Of a stretch of DNA of 39,212 nt, positions 28,279 through 35,764 are shown piece after piece; the stretch's first letter is position 1, and every line of letters starts with the position of its first letter. The stretch is from Polyangiales bacterium (GTDB lineage Bacteria; Myxococcota_A; Polyangia; Polyangiales; Houyiibacteriaceae). The position numbers were made by a program, and so were the translations under genes. The stretch is from contig JBGCFM010000136.1 of the NCBI GenBank assembly GCA_045106895.1, positions 1 to 39,212 of the forward strand, in the 5' to 3' direction. A model generated the notes under the pieces. It was not told the DNA's origin and ran no database searches. It was given only the letters and a program-made list of their open reading frames with translations.

Positions 28279-29319
28279 GTGCACTCAGCGCGCATCCACG
28301 CGAAGTCTATCTCGGTCGTCGCCCTACTCGCGCTCTTCGCCGCATGCGGAGGCGCCGACGACACCGGTCTCGACGCAAGCGAGCCGGATGCACAGGAACG
28401 AGACGCGCGCCATCCGGACATGCTCGAGCCAAGCTGCCCTGAAAACGCGGCCACGGAGACAAGCTGCGCAAACGGGTGCGACGACGACGGCAACGGTTTC
28501 ACGGACTGCGTCGACTTTAGGTGCGTGTGGGATCGCCCGCGAAGCGAGTGCGAAGACGACTGCCGCGCGTGTGGTGATCTAACGCTGTGCGAGGACGTGC
28601 TCGCGGACGTCGAAGCGGAGCCAACGTTCATGACGTGGAACGTGCTGGAGTTTAGCGGCGCGACCTCCGTGGCTTCGCGCATTGGGCAAGTGCTTCATGA
28701 GCTTCAACCGGGCGTCGTCGCGCTGCAGGAGATCGCGTCCGCCGACGCCCTTGATGGTGTCACCAGCTGCGCCACGGAATACATCCAGCACACCGCGAGC
28801 AACGTCGACCGCTACAAGGTCGTGCTTCTGATCCGGGAAGACCGCTTCGACATCAGCGAGCTCTTTGAGGTACCCATGGCCAACCACCGGCCTGTCCTCG
28901 GAGCGAGCTTGGTCGATGTGCGCGGCGACGCTCTCGACGTATATGCGGTGCACCTGTACCCCGGCGCCGGAGCGGCGGCGACGGAGCGGCGACGGACTCA
29001 GATGGACGCCCTCGCTCGCTACATCGAGGAACGGAACTCTGAGACCGTCGTGATTCTCGGCGACTTCAACGAGCTACTGTCGGACCCCGTTCGAAGCCAG
29101 GCCTTCAGCAGCCTCGTCGCCGGGCCCGTGTTCGCAACGCCGGTGCCCCTCGCCCGTGGCGAGTCCAGCAGCACCATCATCGGCCGAGACGACCTCGACC
29201 TCGACCACATCCTGGTCACTCGGCCCATCGCGCTACGCGCTCGTATTCTACGACTCGAGGATGTCTTCCACGGCTACCGCGCTCGCATGAGCGACCACCG
29301 TCCAGTGCTCGCTTGGTAG
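28279..29319 (+). CDS. Endonuclease/exonuclease/phosphatase (DNase I-like) lipoprotein
   Basis: Lipobox FAAC and a Cys/Asp motif CANGCDDDGNGFTDC. EEP motifs TWNV, LQEI, VH, GDFN, DHI and SDHRPV. TGATAGCGT lies 6 nt upstream of the GTG. Confidence 0.88.
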   Translation: MHSARIHAKSISVVALLALFAACGGADDTGLDASEPDAQERDARHPDMLEPSCPENAATETSCANGCDDDGNGFTDCVDFRCVWDRPRSECEDDCRACGDLTLCEDVLADVEAEPTFMTWNVLEFSGATSVASRIGQVLHELQPGVVALQEIASADALDGVTSCATEYIQHTASNVDRYKVVLLIREDRFDISELFEVPMANHRPVLGASLVDVRGDALDVYAVHLYPGAGAAATERRRTQMDALARYIEERNSETVVILGDFNELLSDPVRSQAFSSLVAGPVFATPVPLARGESSSTIIGRDDLDLDHILVTRPIALRARILRLEDVFHGYRARMSDHRPVLAW

Positions 29320-29337
29320 AAAGCAGCTAGTGAGGCA

Positions 29338-29658
29338 TTAGATGTTCTCTGCCAGAAGCCGCTGAAAAGATAGGTCCAGGGCGCTCCCGGCCATCTCAAC
29401 CTGGTGGTCTTTGATCATCGTCTCGTCGACACGCGCGCCATGCTCGATGAGCAATGAAGCGATTCTCAGATGTCGCTCCGTCATGCCCCACGCGATGGCG
29501 ACGCAGTTGAGCGGACGAGGCGCACCCTCCGCGCATGAGATCCACTTACGCCCTGTCGCTTCGGCGGGCGCGTTGGGGTCTGCCCCTGCGGCAAGGAGCG
29601 ACGCTACGTCCTCCACCTTTCCTTGGTAGCAAGCTTCGTGGAGGCTCAAGGGTTCCAT
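29338..29658 (-). CDS. Small ankyrin-repeat protein (106 aa)
   Basis: LHEACYQGKVEDVASLLAAGADPNA and PLNCVA...IASLLIEHGARVD are ANK repeats. Confidence 0.8.
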   Translation of the reverse strand: MEPLSLHEACYQGKVEDVASLLAAGADPNAPAEATGRKWISCAEGAPRPLNCVAIAWGMTERHLRIASLLIEHGARVDETMIKDHQVEMAGSALDLSFQRLLAENI

Positions 29659-29798
29659 GGTGGAGTATCGCTTGGTGCGAGGCCGCATCAAAGTCTGCGC
29701 GTCGATAGATGGGCGATGAGATCCGGCAACAGACTCAACAATGCTGCATAGTTGCCGATGAACACACTCAGGTCGCCTCTACGCGCTACAGTCCACTC

Positions 29799-31112
29799 GT
29801 GAGGGGTCGGCACGTCGGAGCTTTGGTGATGTTCGTGCTCGTTCTCGCGGCGGCGATGTTCACCTACATCCGCACCCGTCCTGCAGTGAGCGGAGGCGAC
29901 TTGCGCGAGGCGCTCGAAGAGGTCGAGGCCATCCGAGACGCCCTTGAAGACGTGGAGTGTCCGCGCCCCGCTTTTTGGGGTCCACCTTCGGAGCCCGCTT
30001 TGCCGGTGTCAGACCTGCTTCGCCACGACGGACCTTTCCGTGGCTGTTTCGGAGCCTATGTCGACGCGACGCGAATCGCTTCAATCCACGAGACCGGAGA
30101 GCCTCGCCCCTCTGGCTTTGAGCTCTTCGTGACCCACTCTCCTCGCTCGTATTCCCTCGTGCAAAGCAGCACGCTTGAGCAAGCACTCGAGACTTGCGCT
30201 CCCTTCGCCGAAGAAGTCCGCCGCCAGGCCGGCACGCCCAATCGCTGCACTCCCTACGGGCTGCGTAGCGAGCTTGGGTATCGCCAGGCATCGAGAATCG
30301 AATCGAATCACTTCGCACGCGCCCTAGCGATGGTGGCACGGTACGGAGAGATGCCGGACGAGGAACGCCTACGTCTCCTCATCCAAGGCATGGCCGTAAC
30401 ACGAGACCTGGGGCAAGGGGCAAACGGGTTCGAGTTCGCTCGAGCGAGCACTCGTTTCGAGGACACGCTTGCAGCCGCCTTTGTCCACATCGCGCAACGG
30501 AGCACCATCAGCGCGGACGTACACGCCGAGCTTCACCAAGCTCTTGGTGTTCTTGCGGACATGCATGTGAACGCACACGCGTTGGTCGGCGGCGAGGGCC
30601 TCTGGCAGGTGGAAGAGTTCCCGTCGATCGTTGATGTTGAGTTTCAGCCTGAGTCGGAGCGACGCCGGGTGACCTTTGCGTCGGCGATGTTCCTGTCACG
30701 GCTTACGCAAACATGTCCTCCCGGAACGACGATGGAAGCGTGTATGGCGTTCTTTCCCTACGCTGGCGAAGTTCCGGATGAACGTATTGCGGAGCTGCTG
30801 GGACCGCTCTTCATTCGAAGTCAGTCCCTCGCATTTTTGCACGCCCAATGGACCTACGACTACCCGGACAAGTTTCAACAACTTCTGGATGCACGCTGGA
30901 GCCCGCGCGCACTGCAAGAGATCTTACGATGGAGCGGCGAGGCCAAAGAAGGGCGGTGCCCCGCGGTGTCCTCGTGGGATCCCGAAGCACACGAGGATCG
31001 TTTCTACGTCGAACAGAACAACGAAGGCGTGTACCGCCTCGTCACGCCGGGCGTGGAGAGGAGAGGGTACATCTTTCGTTGCTCCGCGGAAGTCCCGGCG
31101 GAATCGCCGTGA
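29799..31112 (+). CDS. Hypothetical N-anchored extracytoplasmic protein (437 aa)
   Basis: GTG 29799 is supported by TACAGT 6 nt upstream and by alignment with the paralog starting at 33317. N-terminal TM and scattered Cys. Confidence 0.75.
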   Translation: MRGRHVGALVMFVLVLAAAMFTYIRTRPAVSGGDLREALEEVEAIRDALEDVECPRPAFWGPPSEPALPVSDLLRHDGPFRGCFGAYVDATRIASIHETGEPRPSGFELFVTHSPRSYSLVQSSTLEQALETCAPFAEEVRRQAGTPNRCTPYGLRSELGYRQASRIESNHFARALAMVARYGEMPDEERLRLLIQGMAVTRDLGQGANGFEFARASTRFEDTLAAAFVHIAQRSTISADVHAELHQALGVLADMHVNAHALVGGEGLWQVEEFPSIVDVEFQPESERRRVTFASAMFLSRLTQTCPPGTTMEACMAFFPYAGEVPDERIAELLGPLFIRSQSLAFLHAQWTYDYPDKFQQLLDARWSPRALQEILRWSGEAKEGRCPAVSSWDPEAHEDRFYVEQNNEGVYRLVTPGVERRGYIFRCSAEVPAESP

Positions 31113-31153
31113 TAGGCAAGACGCCGCACTTGCGATGCTACTACTCTCGGGCA

Positions 31154-31882
31154 ATGCGCGCGTTGGTGTTAGCTTTGCTCCTCGCCTGCACCGCGCCGAG
31201 AGCGGAGGTGTCAAAGCGGAACACCCGCACGCCGAGGCGCTGGCGGCGCTCGAAGGCGAAGCGCGTGAAGCGTTCGAGCTTCTCGCGGACGCGGACTCGT
31301 TTACCTCCGCTCATATTGGGTATGGGGGCAGACTTTCGCCTTACGCGGCAGCGCTGCGGCTCCTCGTTCGGCACCCCGACGCGCAGGTCGCCGTCGGTGC
31401 GCTATGGCAGAGCGAAAACCGAGTCGCGCGACTCTACGCGCTGGCCGGGTTTTGGTACTTGCGGCCCAGGGAATACCGCGCGGCCGTTGAGTCTTTGAGG
31501 GGCGACGAGACACGTATAGAGACACTGTCAGGCTGCGTGGGTGGTGAGAGGACCGTCACTCGCCGCTCGCCATGCAGAAGTGCTAGCGCCTGGAACAGGA
31601 ATGTCTGACCTTCAATGCTTGGAGGCAGCCCCAGGGCAAACGCTGGACCCGGGCTACCTTGCAATCTCCCTCATCGAGGGCGAGAGCTTGCAACTCAACC
31701 TCTGAAGCCGACCAAGCGAAGAGTGGCCACGCCTAAACTTGCCGGCGGCTTGGCCCAATGTGGAGGCGGAACGCGAACTTCAGCGCCTGCGAGATGAGGC
31801 GGACCTCAATCCCTCTGCGCCCATCGACTACGAAGAGTTGACGCGTCTAATTGAACAAGGTGGGGCCGTGATTTCTGAGTGA
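31154..31882 (+). pseudogene. Disrupted lipoprotein gene(s)
   Basis: The lipoprotein start MRALVLALLLAC shifts frame at about 31190-31225 into HPHAEALAALEGE...SGCVGGERTV. A second break occurs near 31560. The downstream frame ...MSDLQCLE...QLNL*SRPSEEWPRL...ISE* has an in-frame TGA at 31703. Confidence 0.6.
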
Positions 31883-31963
31883 GTGAGCTGGGGGCGAAGA
31901 CTCGTGTCAGGGACGACGCTGAATAGAAGCGTCCCCTCTCACATACACGCGCTATGATGCGGG

Positions 31964-32788
31964 GTGGCTCAACCACCCATCGAACGCAGCGGCGGTCTCT
32001 TCTTTGCCCTCTACACACTGGTCAAACGTCCGTCCTTCGACGCGCGCGCGCCCACCGTGGAGGGTGTTCGTTACAACGAGCGAGGGGGGCGCAGAGCTCC
32101 GCTCTACGACGTCTACCTGCCGGACTCGGGAGATCGTCATCCCTCGGTGGTCTTGGTTCATGGAGGCGGCTTCGTCATCGGGCACCGGAAGATGAAGCCC
32201 GTCCGGCTGGTCGCCACACGCCTGGTGGAAGCCGGGTTCGCGGTGTGCGCGGTGGACTACCGGCTGCTCTTTCGCGGCGGCGGCATCAAGGAGCAGCTCG
32301 AAGACGTCGAGCACGCGGGAGACCACTGGCGCGGCAGCTGTGCAGAGCTGGGCTGCGATCCGGAGCGGGTCTCGCTGGCCGGTTTCTCCGCCGGCGCCGC
32401 CTTGGCGATGCTGCACGCCGGGCGAACAGCCCGGCCCTATCACAGGCTGCTCAGCATGTACGGTCCGGCGGACTTTAGCCGCGTCGAGGGGCGCCGCGCC
32501 AGCCTGCTCATGCGGCTGGTCATGGGGACGAGCGACCGAGACACATGGCGGGCATATTCCCCGCACACGTTCATCCACACCCCGACGCCAACGCTCCTCA
32601 TTCATGGCGGCGACGACCGCATGGTCCCCGTGAGCCACGCGCATCAACTCCAGCGCACTCGCGCCGAAGCTGGTCTGCCTACGGAACTTGAGATCATCGA
32701 AGGCATGCGTCACGGCTTCGTGAACGACGCCCAGCTGCCTGAGACCACCCACGCGATCTCCCGCGCGATCGAGTTCTTGTCTCGCTAG
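31964..32788 (+). CDS. Alpha/beta hydrolase (HSL-type esterase/lipase)
   Basis: HGGG oxyanion motif, VDYRL, nucleophile GFSAG, HGGDD and HGF. TATGAT lies 5 nt upstream of the GTG. Confidence 0.9.
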   Translation: MAQPPIERSGGLFFALYTLVKRPSFDARAPTVEGVRYNERGGRRAPLYDVYLPDSGDRHPSVVLVHGGGFVIGHRKMKPVRLVATRLVEAGFAVCAVDYRLLFRGGGIKEQLEDVEHAGDHWRGSCAELGCDPERVSLAGFSAGAALAMLHAGRTARPYHRLLSMYGPADFSRVEGRRASLLMRLVMGTSDRDTWRAYSPHTFIHTPTPTLLIHGGDDRMVPVSHAHQLQRTRAEAGLPTELEIIEGMRHGFVNDAQLPETTHAISRAIEFLSR

Positions 32789-32820
32789 GCGGAGCAGAAA
32801 TGGCCTGACAGGCTCCGCCT
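32787..32820. terminator. Hairpin between convergent genes (possible terminator)
   Basis: AGGCGGAGC / GCTCCGCCT form perfect 9-bp arms with a 16-nt loop, starting at the esterase stop. No U-tract. Confidence 0.4.
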
Positions 32821-32884
32821 CATGAGGGGGTGCAGTGCGGCTTTGTCGCGTCCGTCCTCTGTGAGCGTCCGCCGCTCTTCGAGA

Positions 32885-33208
32885 TCATCGATAGGGACTC
32901 GCCGATGTGCCCTTGGCGACGACGACTTTCTCCAGGTCGTTGTCTTCGTCGTCGACATTGAGCGCGTGGAGCTCCACGAAACCGCACGCTCCGCAGGCAT
33001 GCGCGCTGCATGGCGACGCGGCGCGCCTTCCGAAGCCGCTGCCCTTGTTCCCAAGAAACATGAGCACCCAGTCACTCACGGATGCCGTCGAGTGGTAGAT
33101 GTCCTGACAGCCACACATGGGACAACGAAGGGATTCCCTCATGGGTTTTCGTGGCGCGTTTTCAAGCTCTCGTACGCGTGCCTCAAGGGCCGCTAGACGG
33201 TCTTCCAT
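32885..33208 (-). CDS. Small zinc-ribbon protein (107 aa)
   Basis: N-terminal coiled coil, CPMCG and CGACGFVELH knuckles, C-terminal SPYR. Confidence 0.75.
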   Translation of the reverse strand: MEDRLAALEARVRELENAPRKPMRESLRCPMCGCQDIYHSTASVSDWVLMFLGNKGSGFGRRAASPCSAHACGACGFVELHALNVDDEDNDLEKVVVAKGTSASPYR

Positions 33209-33316
33209 GAACGAGGTTGTACACAACTTTGCGCGAGAATGATGCTCAGCAAAGGCGCCGTTCGCTCTGATGAAGGGTGCGCCGGGTCGCGGGGCGAGCT
33301 GGTAGGGTGTCCAGCG

Positions 33317-34039
33317 ATGAGGGGGTGGCGCATTTGGGCCGTGGAGGCGTTCGTGATCGGACTCGCGGCTGCGATGTTCGTGTACATACGAACGCGCCCT
33401 GCTGTCACAGAAGAGGAGCTACGCGAAGCGGTCGCGGAACTCGAAGACATACCGGCGCTTCTGAGCGAGCTCGAGTCAGCGGCCAGCGCTTCTCGGCGCG
33501 CCTACGCAGGACGCGCTGTCGCTGGAAGACTTGCTGACTAGGGACGGTCCTTTCGCAGGATGCTGGGCCGCCGTGAGCAACGATGAGTGGCAGATCAGCA
33601 TCGCCGAAGGTGCTCACTTTGAAGGCTACGACGGAGACGACGCGGAAGACGACGAACGCGTATCGCGGGTGCTCGCGGCGTGCTCGGAACTTCCGGCGGA
33701 AGCGGAACTTCAAGCCCGTACGCCGAATAGGTGCATGCCTAGTTCTGTGAGCAGCGAACGGTGGAAGCTGTATCCACAGCTACGCAGATGCAGGGAGCTC
33801 GCAACAACGAGCGCGCACTGCAGCGGCTCTTGCAGTGGAGCGCGGACCGACGCGAGGGCCGTTGCCCGGAAGTATCCGACGTGGAGACGCCAGACCTAGA
33901 AGAAGACACCACAGAGTTCATCGCCTATCGAGACGGCGACGTCTACGAGTTGATCACACCCGGGCCAGAGCGCGACGCATTCGTTTTTCGATGCCCCCTT
34001 AGCGACACGGATCATACGACGGGGACCGAAGGTCTCTAA
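33317..34039 (+). pseudogene. Frameshifted, internally deleted paralog of 29799..31112
   Basis: Matching blocks: AAAMFVYIRTRPAV vs AAAMFTYIRTRPAV; after a frameshift near 33478, LLTRDGPFAGC vs LLRHDGPFRGC and TPNRC; then a jump near 33760 to ALQRLLQWS...EGRCP...YELITPG...FVFRC. Roughly 190 codons are missing. Confidence 0.85.
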
Positions 34040-34205
34040 ACCTTGGCCGCCAAAGACACACTCAAGTAGCTCAGCCTCAGCGCCGGCGTTCTCGTCTTTC
34101 TGCTTCTCGTCGCCGAACTCGTGGTGCGCGTTAGTGGCCTCACGCCGGTGCAGTTCGCCCAGACGCGCCACCTCGAAACGGACGACAAACGCGTGGGCCT
34201 CGACC
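33984..34205 (+). repeat. Direct repeat copy 1: 3' end of the pseudogene plus a dead 5' end of the SGNH gene
   Basis: About 89% identical (hand count) to 34625..34844. Contains an AAG>TAG stop at 34067-34069. Confidence 0.92.
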
Positions 34206-34301
34206 CGTCGTGAGGCTCGTGTGCAGGGTGAGGCGGGTTCGTATTCGGACGCAACTGGGTTCCGAGAAAGCCGAGTAAGCGCTTTCACGGAGATCCAAAT
34301 C

Positions 34302-34562
34302 ATGACGAAGAGAAACAGACGCGCTCAAATCCGAATACACACCGGGACGTCCATCGAGGAACTGATGCGCCTCGCCAAACTCCCCGTTGCCCTCGGCAGT
34401 GGATGCAGCGTCTACGGGCGGGGCCCGCACATGTACATCAAGACCAACAGCACAGACGGCTCGATGCGAGCACTGCGTTTCAAGTCCGCGGCCAAACGCG
34501 CACGCGCACATGCCATAGGAATTGCCGCTGACCTGCGGATGGCCGCCGCCGCTGCCGCGTAG
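34302..34562 (+). CDS. Orphan small basic protein (86 aa) ending in AAAAAA
   Basis: SD GGAG (34289-34292), ATG 34302 and tandem TAG TGA stops. Lies wholly within the segment between the direct repeats. Confidence 0.55.
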   Translation: MTKRNRRAQIRIHTGTSIEELMRLAKLPVALGSGCSVYGRGPHMYIKTNSTDGSMRALRFKSAAKRARAHAIGIAADLRMAAAAAA

Positions 34563-34624
34563 TGAAGCGGCCGACCCCTAGGACATCGTAGGGTCAACGT
34601 GATCGACCCCGGGCGCATGACTCC

Positions 34625-34844
34625 TTTTTCGATGCCCCCTCAGCGGCGCGGATGATACGACAGGGTCCGAAGAATCTCATCTTGGCCCCCAAAGACACAC
34701 TCAAGAAGCTCAGCCTCAGCGTCGGCGTTCTCGTCGTGCTGCTTCTCGTCGCCGAACTCGTCGTGCGCGCCAGCGGCCTCGCGCCGGTGCAGTTCGCGCA
34801 GACGCGTCACCTCGAAACGGACGACAAACGAGTGGGCCTCGACC
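34625..34844 (+). repeat. Direct repeat copy 2: functional 5' end of the SGNH gene
   Basis: Matches 33984..34205 from TTTTTCGATGCCCCCT to GGGCCTCGACC. Confidence 0.92.
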
Positions 34845-35764
34845 TTTACCCCAGCGACGAACGCGACGCTTTTGACGTAGACCTTGGCGACGCCGAGACA
34901 TTGGCCGCGCTGAGGACGAAGGGCCTCGACGCATCCGAGTACGCAGAGCACACGCCCCACGGCATTGAGCTGCGTTACTCGGCGGAGCTTTGCCGCGGAG
35001 GCGATGTCCCGCCAAAGAGCGAGCGCACGCGCATCATGATCGTCGGAGACTCCTTCGCCGAAGGGCAAGGCGTACGCGAAGACGAGACGAGCGCGGCGCA
35101 ACTACAGGAGCGACTTGGCGACTCGTACGAAGTGCTCAACTGCGGGCGCCGCGGTTATGACGTCTCCGACGTGGCGAACTTTCTGGAACGACACCTAGAG
35201 ACGCTGGAGCCGGACGTGGTGCTCTACGCCTACACGCTCAACGACCCGGAGCAGTCCGAGGCTTTTGCGGCGCAGCAGACGTTCCTCGATGACTGGATCT
35301 TGGCGCGGCGGCAGATGGTGAGTGAAGGCCCCGGCGGCCTCTCGTTCTTTCAGTCGCACTTGCTCGCGGCGCTCAAGGACCGCCTCGAAGGCGCTTCCGT
35401 TGGGCAAGCGACGACGACTTGGTACAGAGACATGGTGATGGAGCCCAACGCCGAAGGATGGACACGCTCCCTTGAGCACATCGACGCCATGAAAGCCCTC
35501 TCGTCTTCCCTCGGCGCGGACTTCGAGGTGGTGATTCAGCCGCTCCTCGTCGACCTCGACGGCGTCTATCCCTTCGAAGGCGTGCACGAGAAGGTGCTGG
35601 GTGACCTCGAAGCACGCGGCATCAGCGTTACCGACGCGCTGCCGAACTTCGCCGGCCAAGACGCTCCTTCGCTGTGGGTCCACGCGTGCGACCGACATCC
35701 GAACAGGCAGGCCCAAGGTCTCATCGCCGACTCCATGGCGCGCGCGCTGGAGGATCTGCGTTGA
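34682..35764 (+). CDS. SGNH/GDSL hydrolase-family protein, membrane-anchored
   Basis: N-terminal TM followed by blocks VGDSF, NCGRRGY, LND and DRHPN. Start is TTG 34682 or ATG 34652. Confidence 0.87.
   Translation: MAPKDTLKKLSLSVGVLVVLLLVAELVVRASGLAPVQFAQTRHLETDDKRVGLDLYPSDERDAFDVDLGDAETLAALRTKGLDASEYAEHTPHGIELRYSAELCRGGDVPPKSERTRIMIVGDSFAEGQGVREDETSAAQLQERLGDSYEVLNCGRRGYDVSDVANFLERHLETLEPDVVLYAYTLNDPEQSEAFAAQQTFLDDWILARRQMVSEGPGGLSFFQSHLLAALKDRLEGASVGQATTTWYRDMVMEPNAEGWTRSLEHIDAMKALSSSLGADFEVVIQPLLVDLDGVYPFEGVHEKVLGDLEARGISVTDALPNFAGQDAPSLWVHACDRHPNRQAQGLIADSMARALEDLR

Noticed and set aside
26039..28582. 847-aa plus-strand ORF, the longest in the track
   Set aside because: It is antisense to the aldolase/SDR gene, whose family motifs are clear.
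29724..29757. CGGCAAC-N20-GTTGCCG as an integron attC site
   Set aside because: It does not fit RYYYAAC/GTTRRRY, is not repeated after neighbouring genes, and no integrase is present.
31190..31225. Programmed frameshift or phase variation in the broken lipoprotein
   Set aside because: No slippery heptamer or long homopolymer/SSR is present at the junction.
31703..31705. In-frame TGA as selenocysteine or readthrough
   Set aside because: There is no redox-motif context, and the surrounding frameshifts indicate decay.
34206..34624. Possible tmRNA or tmRNA fragment because of the AA-stop ending
   Set aside because: There are no tRNA-like GGGG 5' or TCCACCA 3' ends, and the ORF has its own SD and ATG.
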